Assembly: GCA_051294375.1 (NCBI GenBank)
Contig: JBJCIZ010000282.1
Coordinates: 465,597 to 521,404, forward strand
DNA from: Paraspadella gotoi
Lineage: Eukaryota > Animalia > Chaetognatha
Length of the DNA: 55,808 bases
Direction: 5' to 3'
A program made the position numbers and the translations under genes. Below the pieces are notes generated by a model that saw only the letters and a program-made list of their open reading frames with translations, had not been told where the DNA came from and made no database searches. Each line of letters starts with the position of its first letter. The stretch's first letter is position 1. Below are positions 10,271 through 21,748 of this stretch, in pieces.

Positions 10271-13155
10271 GGTGCTTTGAAAGCGATTTACATGCATTGG
10301 CGCAGCCACTGGTTTATTTATTTATTTATTGGCGCTAATTTCTCCCTTTGAGTTCAATTTTTTGGTTTTTTGATAGAATAATTTATAATTTATAGAATTA
10401 AAACAATTTTATAATATCAATATTTTATGTTTTAAAAAATAAAATCTGTCAATATTATTTTAATTTTAGTAATAATATATAAAAAAATATTAATTAAAAC
10501 CGAAATCTTTAATTTCATATATTGTTGATTTTTTTGCATTTTTTGACTTTCGGTCATATTATAAACTGGCTTGGACGGGAAAACTGGACGATCTAATTTT
10601 AATTTTTTATATCCTCGGTAATAAGTTTATATCTAAGTCAAAAAATCAAGAGGGCTCAAAGTTATAATTTTCATGTCTTGTATTTATACTCCACGTTACC
10701 AGGTAGGAACCCGGCCACCGGCGTCGGTGGATCCCTTGCTCACCCGATCTCCCGATCTCCCGATCCCCCAAAAACGTCGGTCTCAAGCTTATTTTCATTA
10801 AAAAATAATTTAGACTTTTTTGTGTAATAGTAACAAATTTATGTCTACTTTTCTAAATATCTTGTTTTTGATATTAAAATTTTTTTCGCCTACATAAATA
10901 TATATTTATATAATTAAAATGTTAGTAGAGATCCTCATTATTATTATTAGTAAGAAAGAAACTAAAATCGCCGGTTGAATTCTTTAAAAATTTCAATGCC
11001 CGCTAAGAAATTGTTTTGCTACCTCTGTTCAAACGCCGGTCGCAAAACGTTACCTTATTTGGAAGTACTTTTAAAATTATTTACTTCACAAATGTAAACC
11101 AAATTTTCTCTCTCTTGTTATATAAAAATGAAAGCCACTTTGTACAATTTGCCAATTCGATTCCATTCGCTTTTCTGATTTCAATAAATTGATTCATCTC
11201 ATTTTGACGCCATTTTTGGTGGGATTGGTGGGATTACACCTACAAAGAAGATGCGTATGAGAATGGCAAAAGATGAATCTTTTGGCATTGGAACTTTTTT
11301 AAGAAATAGGAAAACGTCATCGCAAAACAACAAAATGGATGTTTTTTTTAGTGTCGCTCAGGGTAAATGCGAAAATTGGACTAACATTTCTCCTGCTTCA
11401 TTAAAGTATCTGCCAACTTGAAAACGACATAAATTTTTTTTGGTGAAAGTTCATCATCTATGGGCACGTCAGCATCACGTTCTATGAGCAAGTTTTGGAC
11501 GTCAAAAAGGCAACGTGGATCCGCGATGGGAGGGACGATGTTTGAGACCAGTGGATCATGTTCGTATTTGCGGCAACATGCACCGGTAGTCACTTGTACG
11601 TGTACTGGAGAATCAGCCCTGGTTATCTACATCATGATGCTATGTCATAAAGAGAGTTATTATTTGTATGTTTCAGCCCACATTTTATTATTTTCAAAAC
11701 AACATGGCGTCGTCGTCTGCTCATGTGCTGAAACCTGCCGAAAGATGGCGCTTAAATATATAATTTGTGCCGAAACCTGCCAAGAGATGGCGTAAGAAAC
11801 ATGGCAGTGTGTCGAAACTTGCTTTTAAGTTTTTAACTAGTACCTTTTGTCAACTGTTAGGGATTGTCGCCATTTAGTTATACGGTAACTCGCTAGAGGT
11901 TTTTACTTTTGCTTTTTTTAATAAAAAAGTCGGATCGAAAACAAAATATTTCTTTTTATTTTGAAAGAACTATAAACTAGTATTTTCTTCTTCTTCCTCC
12001 TCCTCTTCGATTTCAACTTCGATGGCCATCTGAGTAAAAAAATTGACAAGGGAAAAAAAAGAAAAAAAGAAAGAGGTTAAAAAACGTGAACCAAAACATA
12101 TGGTGCGTGAGAATCGCGTTTTGACTGAAAAAATAGCGATTACCTTTTAGAGAGATTATTTTTTTGTTTAGTTTAATTGAAATAACCTTTTTTTTTGATA
12201 ATCAAAATAAAAAAGATAAATAATAATTTAGATGAATTGTTAATTATTTATATATAATTTATATATTTTTTGCTAATTAGTTTTTTAGCTAAAATTAAAA
12301 AAAACATTTGCCAATTACATAGACTCAGCCACTGGTACTTCATACCTTTTTTGAAATGAGGAAGATATTGGCAAAAGCCCATTCTTTTCTTTGTTCCTCT
12401 CATTTTAGTTCGTTAGCATAATGAGCTTTACCAGTTGCAAAATTTGTTTTTAGACTTTTTCTAATCAAGTTGTTTCTAAAAATCCATCTTATTTGTAAAA
12501 CTTGTAAGGAAAAACTTCAACGGTGCCTGCGAGTTTTTTTTTTTAATGAAATTTAATTTTTAAAAAAAAAATTTTAATGAATATAATCAATAAAAAAGGT
12601 TTTGTCGTCGCCCCATTAAGGTCGCTTGTCCGAAATGTCGTTATCCTGATGTCATCCTCCATTGAGAAATGCTAAACTTTTGCAAAGTCGGTGGATGCTT
12701 ATATGTTAAAAAAGAAGCAAGTAAAGACTTTGAAAAAAAAATTACCAAATTACAGAGGTTGTTTTTTTTTTTTGCAATAGAAAAAAAAACGACTTGAAAA
12801 AAAATTACCACTCTTTTTTATTTTTTTTATCAAGAAAAAGTCAATCATGGAAGAATCTTTATCTACTCCTTCCCGCATTCTCTGAAATACCGCTAAGGGG
12901 AAATCGGCTCGCTCATCTTGGGAAAAGTTTAAACGCGAGGAAAGGATCGGTTATTGGCCCTTTAAGTTTTCAACACATATCCGCATCACTGCCCCTTCGC
13001 TGTGAGTACTAACCTCGTTTCTTGCCGTTAGTTCGATTTGTTCCGGTCTTCTTCTTCCTTGTAGAGTGGCATAGCTTCTTCTTTGCCGTCTTTTGTAATA
13101 AAAGACAACGACGACAACGACGATGACGATTCCAGTAACCGATGACCCCGCGATT

Positions 13156-13576
13156 TTAATTTCTTAAATTGGGAAAAGAAAAAAAAAATTTTTGTTCCAT
13201 CTCTAAACATAAAAAAAAAGTAATGATTATTTCAAAATTGAAAAAAATAATACCATTGTTACAAATTTTAATTGCTGCCATTTGCGTTTTCGTTGTGTTG
13301 CTCTTTGAGTTAGTCGTCCTTGTTGTTGACTCCTTTGTCCTTGTCGTCGTCAACATCGTCGTCGTCGTGGTCATCGTTGTCGTCTTTGCCGTTTTTGATG
13401 GAAACCAAAAGTCGTCGTCCCAAACAGATTGACCGCTTGAAATTAAAAAAAAAGGTTGATGGAAGTTTTTTTTAAATACAATGTAATGTAAAAAATTTTT
13501 TTATTAATACTTACTTGATTTCAATGAAAGTTAAAATTGTGAAAATAAAAATAATTTTATGAAATGATGGCGACAT
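13156..13576 (-). CDS. Small spliced orphan gene: signal peptide plus Thr-rich (mucin-like) protein
   Basis: Exon 1 at 13576-13515 (MSPSFHKIIFIFTILTFIEI), a 79-nt GTAAGT...ttcaAG intron, then exon 2 from 13435 in frame (NGQSVWDDDFWFPSKTAKTTTMTTTTT...). The 3' end is uncertain (possible second intron or homopolymer error). Confidence 0.6.
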
Positions 13577-13699
13577 TTTGTTTCTTACGATCGGAGGCAA
13601 AAAAAAATTTTCTTTGGTTTGTTATCTCTATTTTTAAAAAAAATGCATATTTAATAAAAATAATTTTTTCTTGATTTATAGTTTTTTATTTCTTATCAG

Positions 13700-14090
13700 G
13701 ACTGGTGACGCCCTTCACCAAGACGAAAAGGAACTAAAAAAAATATCAATATATTATTTTGGCAAGATTCTAGTTATTGAAGATGATTTATATTTTTCTG
13801 GTGGTCTTAGGGTATATCGGGAACTTGATAAATTAAAGAAAAACATTTTAGACTTTTCTGAAAGGGAAATTACAAAACTCAAGTCGTTTGAATCTAACAT
13901 TTTGGGGGATGTCGAACAATATAAAAAAGTCAAGGAATATATCATTAAGGATCCTCGTCAAAAGGCTAAATGTGGTGGCGCGATTTACTTACTTTCTTCA
14001 AGGCTTGGTGCCTCATTTCAACTTGTTTGTCTTAGTGATTTCAGTCCAACCAGAATCGAGTTGAATATTTCTCGTATCAGAGACGGTTAA
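13700..14090 (+). CDS. Orphan ORF/exon of unknown function (~130 aa)
   Basis: Open, protein-like frame preceded by a polypyrimidine acceptor ttcttatcAG. No upstream exon identified. Confidence 0.4.
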
Positions 14091-14301
14091 GATTGTTTTT
14101 TTTTTAAATCACATCTTATTATTCTTAATGAATATTTTATTGAGGAATTCTTTTCCTATGTTAATAGTTTGATTTGATCTTCTCTCTCTCTCTCTCTCTC
14201 TTGTTTTGTTTTGTTTTGTTTTGAATTTTAATTGGTTTATATAAATATTCTTTTTTATATTTTTTTAAGGTTTAAGCTTAGAATACAGATATTAAAAAAA
14301 A

Positions 14302-14903
14302 ATGGCCGACTTTGATTCTGCTGATCAACCTTATGAATTTAAAAGGTAATACATTTTTTTTTAAAAGCTAGTTTCTTTAGTATATATTAATTTACCTTCT
14401 CTTTTTTATTTTTTTATAGCGAAACAATTCAAGTGGGTACTTTTTTAAGTAAAATGAGATATCATTATAGAAGAGTGAGACTATACACTAAAACTTTATT
14501 CCCTATATATGTGGAAATGGATACTGCAATTGAAAAAATTGGAGAAAATATTCATACTCACGCCGACCAAATCTCTACTGGATTGATGCCTCAAGAAATC
14601 TATAGCGAAGTTCCTCTGTTGACTGAAACTAAATTAGGGTTTATTTTTTCCTTGGTCGAATATTTGTTAACCCTCGAAGTTGAGGCTGGTGTTATTAAAA
14701 ATCAAATGGCCGTTTATCCAAACCCGGTTGAAGCCTATCTGGAAGAATATCCTGATGAAGATCAGTCTTTTTACGATCCAATAACTGAATTTTTAACAGA
14801 TATGGTTTCTGGTATTTTTACTTGTGGAAAAATTTTAACATGTATTAGAAAATACTATTTGATAGTGAAAGGGGGTGAATTTGTTCTTAAAATTTTTTCT
14901 TAA
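14302..14903 (+). CDS. Small two-exon orphan gene (~175 aa); 3' end runs into the R1 repeat
   Basis: ATG at 14302, exon 1 to 14345 (MADFDSADQPYEFK). The 74-nt GTAATA...tttatAG intron (14346-14419) joins in frame to ORF 14433-14903 (SETIQVGTFLSKMRYHYRR...). Confidence 0.62.
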
Positions 14904-15275
14904 AAAAGTTTAGTTAGGACTAAGCTCTGACAAAAAAAGCCAGAGGTTTTTTTAATATATTCTTTTACCGGCCAATGTAGAATGATGGCAATATTGCTAT
15001 TTTTAAGTTTCAAAAAAATCCTACCATAAATATAGAAAATATTAACCAAAATCTTTGGAAAATTGACCCCTTCTTTGAAAGATTTTTGCCATAGAAGATT
15101 TTCCCCGAATCTGACTCCCGGTTGAAAACTCTTAGAATTCCGATCGTTAGCTCCTCTTTTACTTTTACTTTGAATAAAAATTTCACCAAAATGGACTAAT
15201 TCACTTTACCATGATCGTATCATGTCAAAATAGCCAAATAAAAAGTAAAGAAAAATTTTGAGAGCCCTTCAGACA
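14890..15275 (+). mobile_element. Repeat family R1 copy
   Basis: Matches the reverse complement of 770-1182. Confidence 0.65.
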
Positions 15276-15489
15276 TATGGCTATCAGATTCTGAATTTGA
15301 GTTTATTGTAAAATCACAATCATATGTTAAATGCGTTGACATTGTATTAAAGTTGAGAAATTCCTTAGGAAGAAAGTCCTGAAATTTACAATTTTTTGCG
15401 GACTCGCTGCGGACTCGCTGCGACTTTTTTGCGGACTTTTTTTAATGTCTGTCAAATTCTAAAAAAAATGTAACGTTAACTTTTTTATA

Positions 15490-17284
15490 TTGAATATCAT
15501 TTAGAAATATACGAAATGCATTTTTGATCTGATTTTTGAATTCCCATCGCAATATGACTAACTGTAATATGCAGATTAGCTTAAAGTAATGGCAAATTTT
15601 TTTTCTTTTTTCAATCAAAAAATGTTTTTGAAAGATTCGAAATGGATTTTTTGATCTGATTTTGAATTCCCATCGCAATATGACTAACTGTAATATGCAG
15701 ATTAGCTTAAAGTAATGGCAAAATTTTTTTTTTCTTTTTTTCATCAAAAAATGTTCTTTGAGAGATACGAAATGGATTTTTTGATCTGATTTTGAATTCC
15801 CAACGAAATATAACAACTGTAATATGCAGATTAGCATAAAGTATAGCCAAATATTTTTTTTTTTTCTTTTTTCAATCAAAAAATGTTCTTTGAGAGATAC
15901 GAAATGGATTTTTTGATCTGATTTTGAATTCCAACGAAATATAACTAACTATAATATGCAGATTAGCATAAAGTATAGGCCAAATATTTTTTTTTCTTTT
16001 TCATCAAAAAATGTTCTTTGAGAGATCGAAATGATTTTTTGATCTGATTTTGAATTCCTAACGAAATATAACTAACTGTAATATGCAGATTAGCATAAAG
16101 TATAGGCCAAATATTTTTTTTTTCTTTTTTCAATCAAAAAATGTTCTTTGAGAGATACGAAATGGATTTTTTGATCTGATTTTTGAATTCCCAACGAATA
16201 TAACTAACTGTAATATCAGATTGCATAAAGTATAGGCCAAATATTTTTTTTTCTTTTTCAATCAAAAAATGTCTTTGAGAGATACGAAATGGATTTTTTG
16301 ATCTGATTTTGAATTTCCAACGAATATAACTAACTATAATATACTCATAATATGAAATATTTCCACTTCATTGATAGGAAGGCCAGGTACTCTGGGAGTG
16401 AATAAACAAGACTGTGAGAGAGACTTGATTGAAAGCCTTGCAGGACCTGCTATGTCATTATCTTTAAGAGTGATGGAGGCCTTAAACCACCAAAGCCCTG
16501 TCAAAGTCAGGGGCAAGATAGCTTATTATTTAAAATGAATGGAAATTTTTATATGGTTGTACCAATTTCATAAAATTCAGCTCCTTTGTATTTGATGCTA
16601 GTGCGGAGTACAATAAGTATTCCCGATCTAATACTTAAGGGGATTGGTCTTTCATACAATTGAACATTCTTTGAAATATTTTCCACTTCATTGATAGGGA
16701 AGCCAGTTACTCTGGTAGTGAATAAACAGACTGTGAGAGAGACTTGATTGAAAGCTTGCAGGGACTGCTATGTCATTATCTTGTAGAGTGATGAGGCCTT
16801 AACCACCAAAGCTGTCCAAAGTCAGGGGCAAGATAGCTTATTATTAAATGACATGGATAATTTTTATATTTGGTGTACCAAATTTATGCAGTATAACCAA
16901 AATTTTTTTCCTTTTTTTCAATCAAAAAATGTCTTTTGAGATATTCAAAATGAATTTTTTGATCTGATTTTGAATTCCATAAGCATTATGACTAACTGTA
17001 TTATGCAAATTAGCATAAAGTATAGAAAATTTTTTTTTTCTGTTTTTAATCAAAAATGTTCTTTGAGAGCTACGAAATAGATTTTTTGATCTGATTTTGA
17101 ATTCCATCGCATTGATAACGTATTATGCATATTAGCATAAAGTATCGGCAAATTTTTTTTTTTCTTTTTTCAATCAAAAATGTTCTATGAGAGATTCGAA
17201 ATGGATTTTTTTATCTTGATTTTGAATTCCTAACGCAAATGACTACCGTAATATGCAGATTAGCATAAAGTAATGGCAAATTTA
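15490..17284. repeat. ~123-bp tandem satellite (~10 units), interrupted at ~16350-16885 by a different repeat
   Basis: Recurring unit AAATGGATTTTTTGATCTGATTTTGAATTCC...TAATATGCAGATTAGCATAAAG. Confidence 0.9.
16354..16885 (+). repeat. ~325-bp repeat family R3, about 1.7 tandem units
   Basis: Unit marker CCACTTCATTGATAGG at ~16363 and ~16683. The same unit occurs inverted at 26620-27276 and 35946-36016. Confidence 0.85.
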
Positions 17285-17576
17285 TCATGAAAAGAATCTA
17301 AATTCTGAAACACGACTTGACTTGACATCAGTACCAAGAAATATACTAAAAACATCATTACCAGAATCTGGAATCGGTGGTTCCAAAAAAATGTCTATAA
17401 TACGTTTAATCCTCTTTGCTTCTTCTATCCTAATAAACCTTAAATAATCAAAGCATACAAATATTAAAAACAAACAATAATAATTATGATCAACAACTAA
17501 TAATCAAATATTAAATCTGAGGAATAATTTAATATTATATATTACTTTTTAAAATTTGTTACCTAACTTACTCCAC

Positions 17577-18006
17577 ACCCTAACTTACCCCTAACCCTAT
17601 CTTAACCCTAATTATAACTTAACCCTAACCCTAGGCTTACCCTCATTTACCCCTTAACCCTCACTTTAAACCCTAAAACCCTAACCTACCCCTAACTTAT
17701 CCCTAACTTACCCTAACCCTAACTTAACCCTTAACCCTACTTACCCCTACCCTTAACTTACCCTTAACCCTAAACTTACCCCTTAACCCTAACTTAACCC
17801 TAATCCTAACGTTAACCCTTACTTAACCCTAACCTTACTTTAACCCTAACCATATACTTACCCCTCCCCCTAACTTACCCTCCCCCTAACTTACCCCTCC
17901 CCTAACTTACCCCTAACCCTAATTACCCCTAACCCTAACTTAAGCCTAACCTTAGCCGTAACCCTACTTACCCCTAACCCTCACCAACCCCTAAACTAAC
18001 ACCTAA
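17577..18006 (+). repeat. Degenerate interstitial telomere-like array (CCCTAA / CCCTAACTTA)
   Basis: Directly visible C-rich array. Confidence 0.85.
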
Positions 18007-18441
18007 ATATGGGGTCAGGATATTCAAAAACTGAAGTCAATAATTCTTATAACAGTTATTTTACTAAAGCTTCAAAAATAGGATAACAACTGTAAGTTAC
18101 TTGTGCATATGTTTCAGAATTGTTTAGTCCTGTGCATTTATAAATGGTCCCATGGACAGTCACTGCGGCGCAATTGCCTTAAAATTGCTTTCCGGTAATT
18201 TTGTCCATACTACTAAACCAAGTTAGATTAAATTTTGCATGAGATTCCTTATTTCAGATAAATGGCCTATCAAGACAATAATTTTACTGAATTACGAGAT
18301 AACAATCACCCTAATAATCCATCATATTTACAAAATAAAAAATATGTTATTTAATTTTTATTTGGTTTTCTTTGAGAATAAAAATAAAATTTTTATCAGC
18401 TTTTTCTATGATTATAATCTTTTAATAATCAAATTGAATTG

Positions 18442-18483
18442 GCGCTGAAGGAAGACTTGTATGCGAGTTGAAACATGTCTGCT
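18442..18483 (+). ncRNA. Minimal type I hammerhead ribozyme (Penelope-type), variant core
   Basis: GCG-CTGAAGGA-A-GACTTG(TATG)CGAGTT-GAAA-CATG-TC-TGC, with AATAAA ~15 nt downstream. Confidence 0.6.
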
Positions 18484-19577
18484 TTCATTAGTTAATAAAA
18501 ATCGGTTGTTCCATCTCTTTTCAAAAACTTTTGTTTCTAAATCTTAATAATTAAAATTTGTTTATTTTTACAAATTTGTTGCTCAAGCAAAAAGCCCATT
18601 ATTGCCAATTTTTATTCTTTTTCTGTTCATAATCATGTTTAAGATTATAATTTATCATATTCGCAGATAAGTCTATAATTTTCCCTTAATTTTTTTTTTC
18701 TAAGTTGTCACAAAATTAGAAAACCAAAAAAAGGGTTGCCCCCTCAGTCCCACCATTTTTGCAATTCACTAGTGATCAAAAATTGGGCAGTCTTTTTTAT
18801 TTAAAGTATAGTTGAAGGTTTGAGTTATAAAATCTTTTGGCGAGTTGTGTGAAGATGCTGTATAATGCCTGACTGTTTGCCTATTGTACCAATCTTAGTT
18901 ACAAAGTATCATTTTAAAGACATTTTAGGCTATTTTAGTATATTTTTAGCTGATTTGATTTTTACCATTAACTTATAAAATTTTAAATAATGCGGTAAAA
19001 TTTTTATGTTATGGGTACATAATTGAATAAATTCTTTTAATGAGAAATACTTATATTAGAGTCAAATAATTTCATATAAACACTTGGACAGATGTAAATA
19101 ATAACTTTTAATGATTTTAAGAAATGAAGATTGTGTACAACCAATAGGAAATATTTTAAAATGATTTTAAATGATTACTAAATCAATAATATCATAAAAA
19201 ATATTTGTTTTAAAAATTATTTTGTTTTAACATCCATTTTTTTTATTTATTATATGTAAATAATCATAATATATGCTTTAAATATCATTTACATATTTAA
19301 TAAAAGTATGTTTAGTTATCTTTTAAAAATTTCTTAAGTAAGACAAAATTAATAAAATAATTTTAAAATTGTAATTTTTATTCTTAAAACATTATTTAAA
19401 AAATATATTAATTTTAGTCGGACTTAGTCTGCAACTGCAAAAATTGCTATTTATAAGATTTTTTAAAGAGTGCGCAATGAGATTTAAAAATTTTCAATTA
19501 TTGACCATTTTTAAAAAAAAAAATTTAAAATGGGAAAGGTATGGGTCTTTGAAGGCGGGGGTTTTAAAAGGGGATTT

Positions 19578-20081
19578 AGCACAAAATTAGAAAAGCTGCG
19601 GACACTTGCCACACTTCGTTGCAGAGTTTTCAAAAATGTATATAACATATTTTTTGGGAGTTGCGGGACTCGTTGCGGAACTCAGAATTAACGTCAGATA
19701 AAATCAGAATTTGTTTCTGTCTTGTCTAGATTAAAATCAAATTATATCTATTATGACAAATTAAAATCTGATTTTTAAAACTGGACAAAACAGATTAAAT
19801 CTGATTTTAAATCTGACAAAACAGATTAAAATCTGATTTTAATCTGACCAAGACAGAATAAATCAGTTTTTTTTTCTGACAAGACAGATAAATCTGATTG
19901 TTAATCTGACAAAACAGATTATATCTGATTTTTCTTACAAGAACAGGAATTAAATCGATTTTATCCTGACATTTAAATTTGAGTACGCAAACAAGTCAGC
20001 AACCCCAAAAATGTTATATACATTTTTAATAGTCTGCCAACCAAGTGTTGCAACGTGTCCGCAGCTTTTCTAATTTGTGCT
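19578..20081. mobile_element. Fold-back MITE (~500 bp) with internal ~24-30-bp tandem repeats
   Basis: TIRs AGCACAAAATTAGAAAAGCTGCGGACAC / GTGTCCGCAGCTTTTCTAATTTGTGCT. Internal TCTGACAAAACAGATTAAATCTGATTT repeats. No clear TSD. Confidence 0.75.
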
Positions 20082-21748
20082 TTGCTTCTTCTACCTAATA
20101 AACCTAATAAAATAATTCAAAGCATACAATATTCAAAACAAACAATAATAAATTATGATCAATCACTAATAATCCAAATAATTAAATCTGCCAGAATAAT
20201 TATATTATAATATTACTCTTTTAAATTGTTTAAATTTGTTAGTATACTTAAAACTAAGACTAAATTTTAAAACTTAACCTTTAATTTATCTTAACCCTAA
20301 TTTAACCCCGCACCTGAACTTACCCCGCACCCTAACTTACCCCCGCACCCAACTTACCCCGCGCACCCTAACTTACCCCGCCACCCTAACTACCCCCGCA
20401 CCCTAACTTACCCGCACCCTAAACTTAACCCTAACCCTAACTTAACCCTAACCCTAACGTTAACCCTAACTTACCCTAACCCTAACTTACCCTAACCCTA
20501 ACTTACCCTAACCTAACTTTACCCCCTAACCCACCCCTAACACCTAACTACCCTAACCCTATACCCCTAACTTACCCCTAACCCTCTTACGCCTACCCTA
20601 ACTTACCCCTAACCCTAACTTAACTCCTCACCCTAACTTACTCCTCGACCGTAACTTAACCTAACGCCTGCATACCCTCCACTTACCGCCTAACCATCAC
20701 TTACCGGCTACACCTAACTTACCGCCCTGAACCCTACTTTAACCCTATACCTAACCTCCTAACCCTATTACCAAACCTAAACTTACCCCTAATCCTGACT
20801 TTACCCCTAATCCTAACCAAACACCTAACTTACGCCCTAATCCCTAAACTTACCCTAATCCTACTTAACCCTAACTTAACCCTAACCAATAACTTACCCC
20901 TAACTTAACTTACCCCCTTCCTAAGATTTAACCCTAACCCTAACTTTAGGCCTAACCCTAAACTTAAAGCTTAACCCTAACATAAGCCTAACCCTAACTT
21001 ACTCCCTAAACCTAACACCTAAATATGGGGTCAGGCCATCAAAAACTTAAGTCATAATTCTTATAACAGTTATTTTTACTAATATTCAAAAATAGATCAC
21101 AGACTGTAAGTTACTTGTGCATATGTTTAGGAATTGTTTAGCCTGCTGATTTTATAAATGCGTCCCATAGGAAGTCACTGCCGGACGCAATGCCTTTAAA
21201 ATGCTTTCCCCGGTAATTTTTTCCAATACTACTAAACCAAAGTTAGATTAAATTTTGCATAGAGATTTTATTGGTCAGATAAATGGGTCCTATCAAGACA
21301 CAATTTTACCGAGTTTACGAGATAACATCACCCTTAATAACCTTCCATATTCAAATAAAAAATATATTTATAATTTTTTATTTGGTTTTCTTCAGAATAT
21401 AAAATAAAAATTTTTATCACTTTTCTAATGATTATAATCTAATAATGCAAATTTGAATTGCGTGCTGAAAAAGACTCGTTATGTCAGTCGAAACATGTCC
21501 GTTTCATTATTGAAATAAAAATCGTTGTCACATCCTCTTTTCAAAAACTTTGTTCTAAATTTATTAAATAATAAAATTTGTCTTATTTTTTTATTAATTT
21601 TTGTGCCTCAAGGCATTAAAGGCCCATTATTGCCAAATATTACCTTTTTTTTCTGTTTATAATCATTTTGAAGAATAATAAATATCATATTGCCGAGAGA
21701 TAGCAAAAAAAAATAAAGGGAAAATTATTAGACCAAGTTGTCACAAAA
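20080..21748 (+). repeat. Duplicated module, copy 2 (longer telomere-like array at ~20270-21022)
   Basis: Indel-rich direct repeat of 17414-18715. Confidence 0.85.
21461..21503 (+). ncRNA. Degenerate second copy of the minimal hammerhead
   Basis: CTGAAAAA-GACTCG-TTATGTC-AGTC-GAAACATGTC, at the position equivalent to 18442-18483. Confidence 0.4.

Larger units (their letters stand above)
17414..18715 (+). repeat. Duplicated module, copy 1 (telomere-like array, spacer, hammerhead)
   Basis: Direct repeat of 20080-21748. Confidence 0.85.

Noticed and set aside
15490-17284. CRISPR array or repeat protein (15442-15879)
   Set aside because: Whole 123-bp units repeat with no unique spacers, there are no cas genes, and the context is eukaryotic.
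17577-21022. True telomere or chromosome fusion site
   Set aside because: The arrays are degenerate, single-orientation and embedded in a duplicated module inside an intron.
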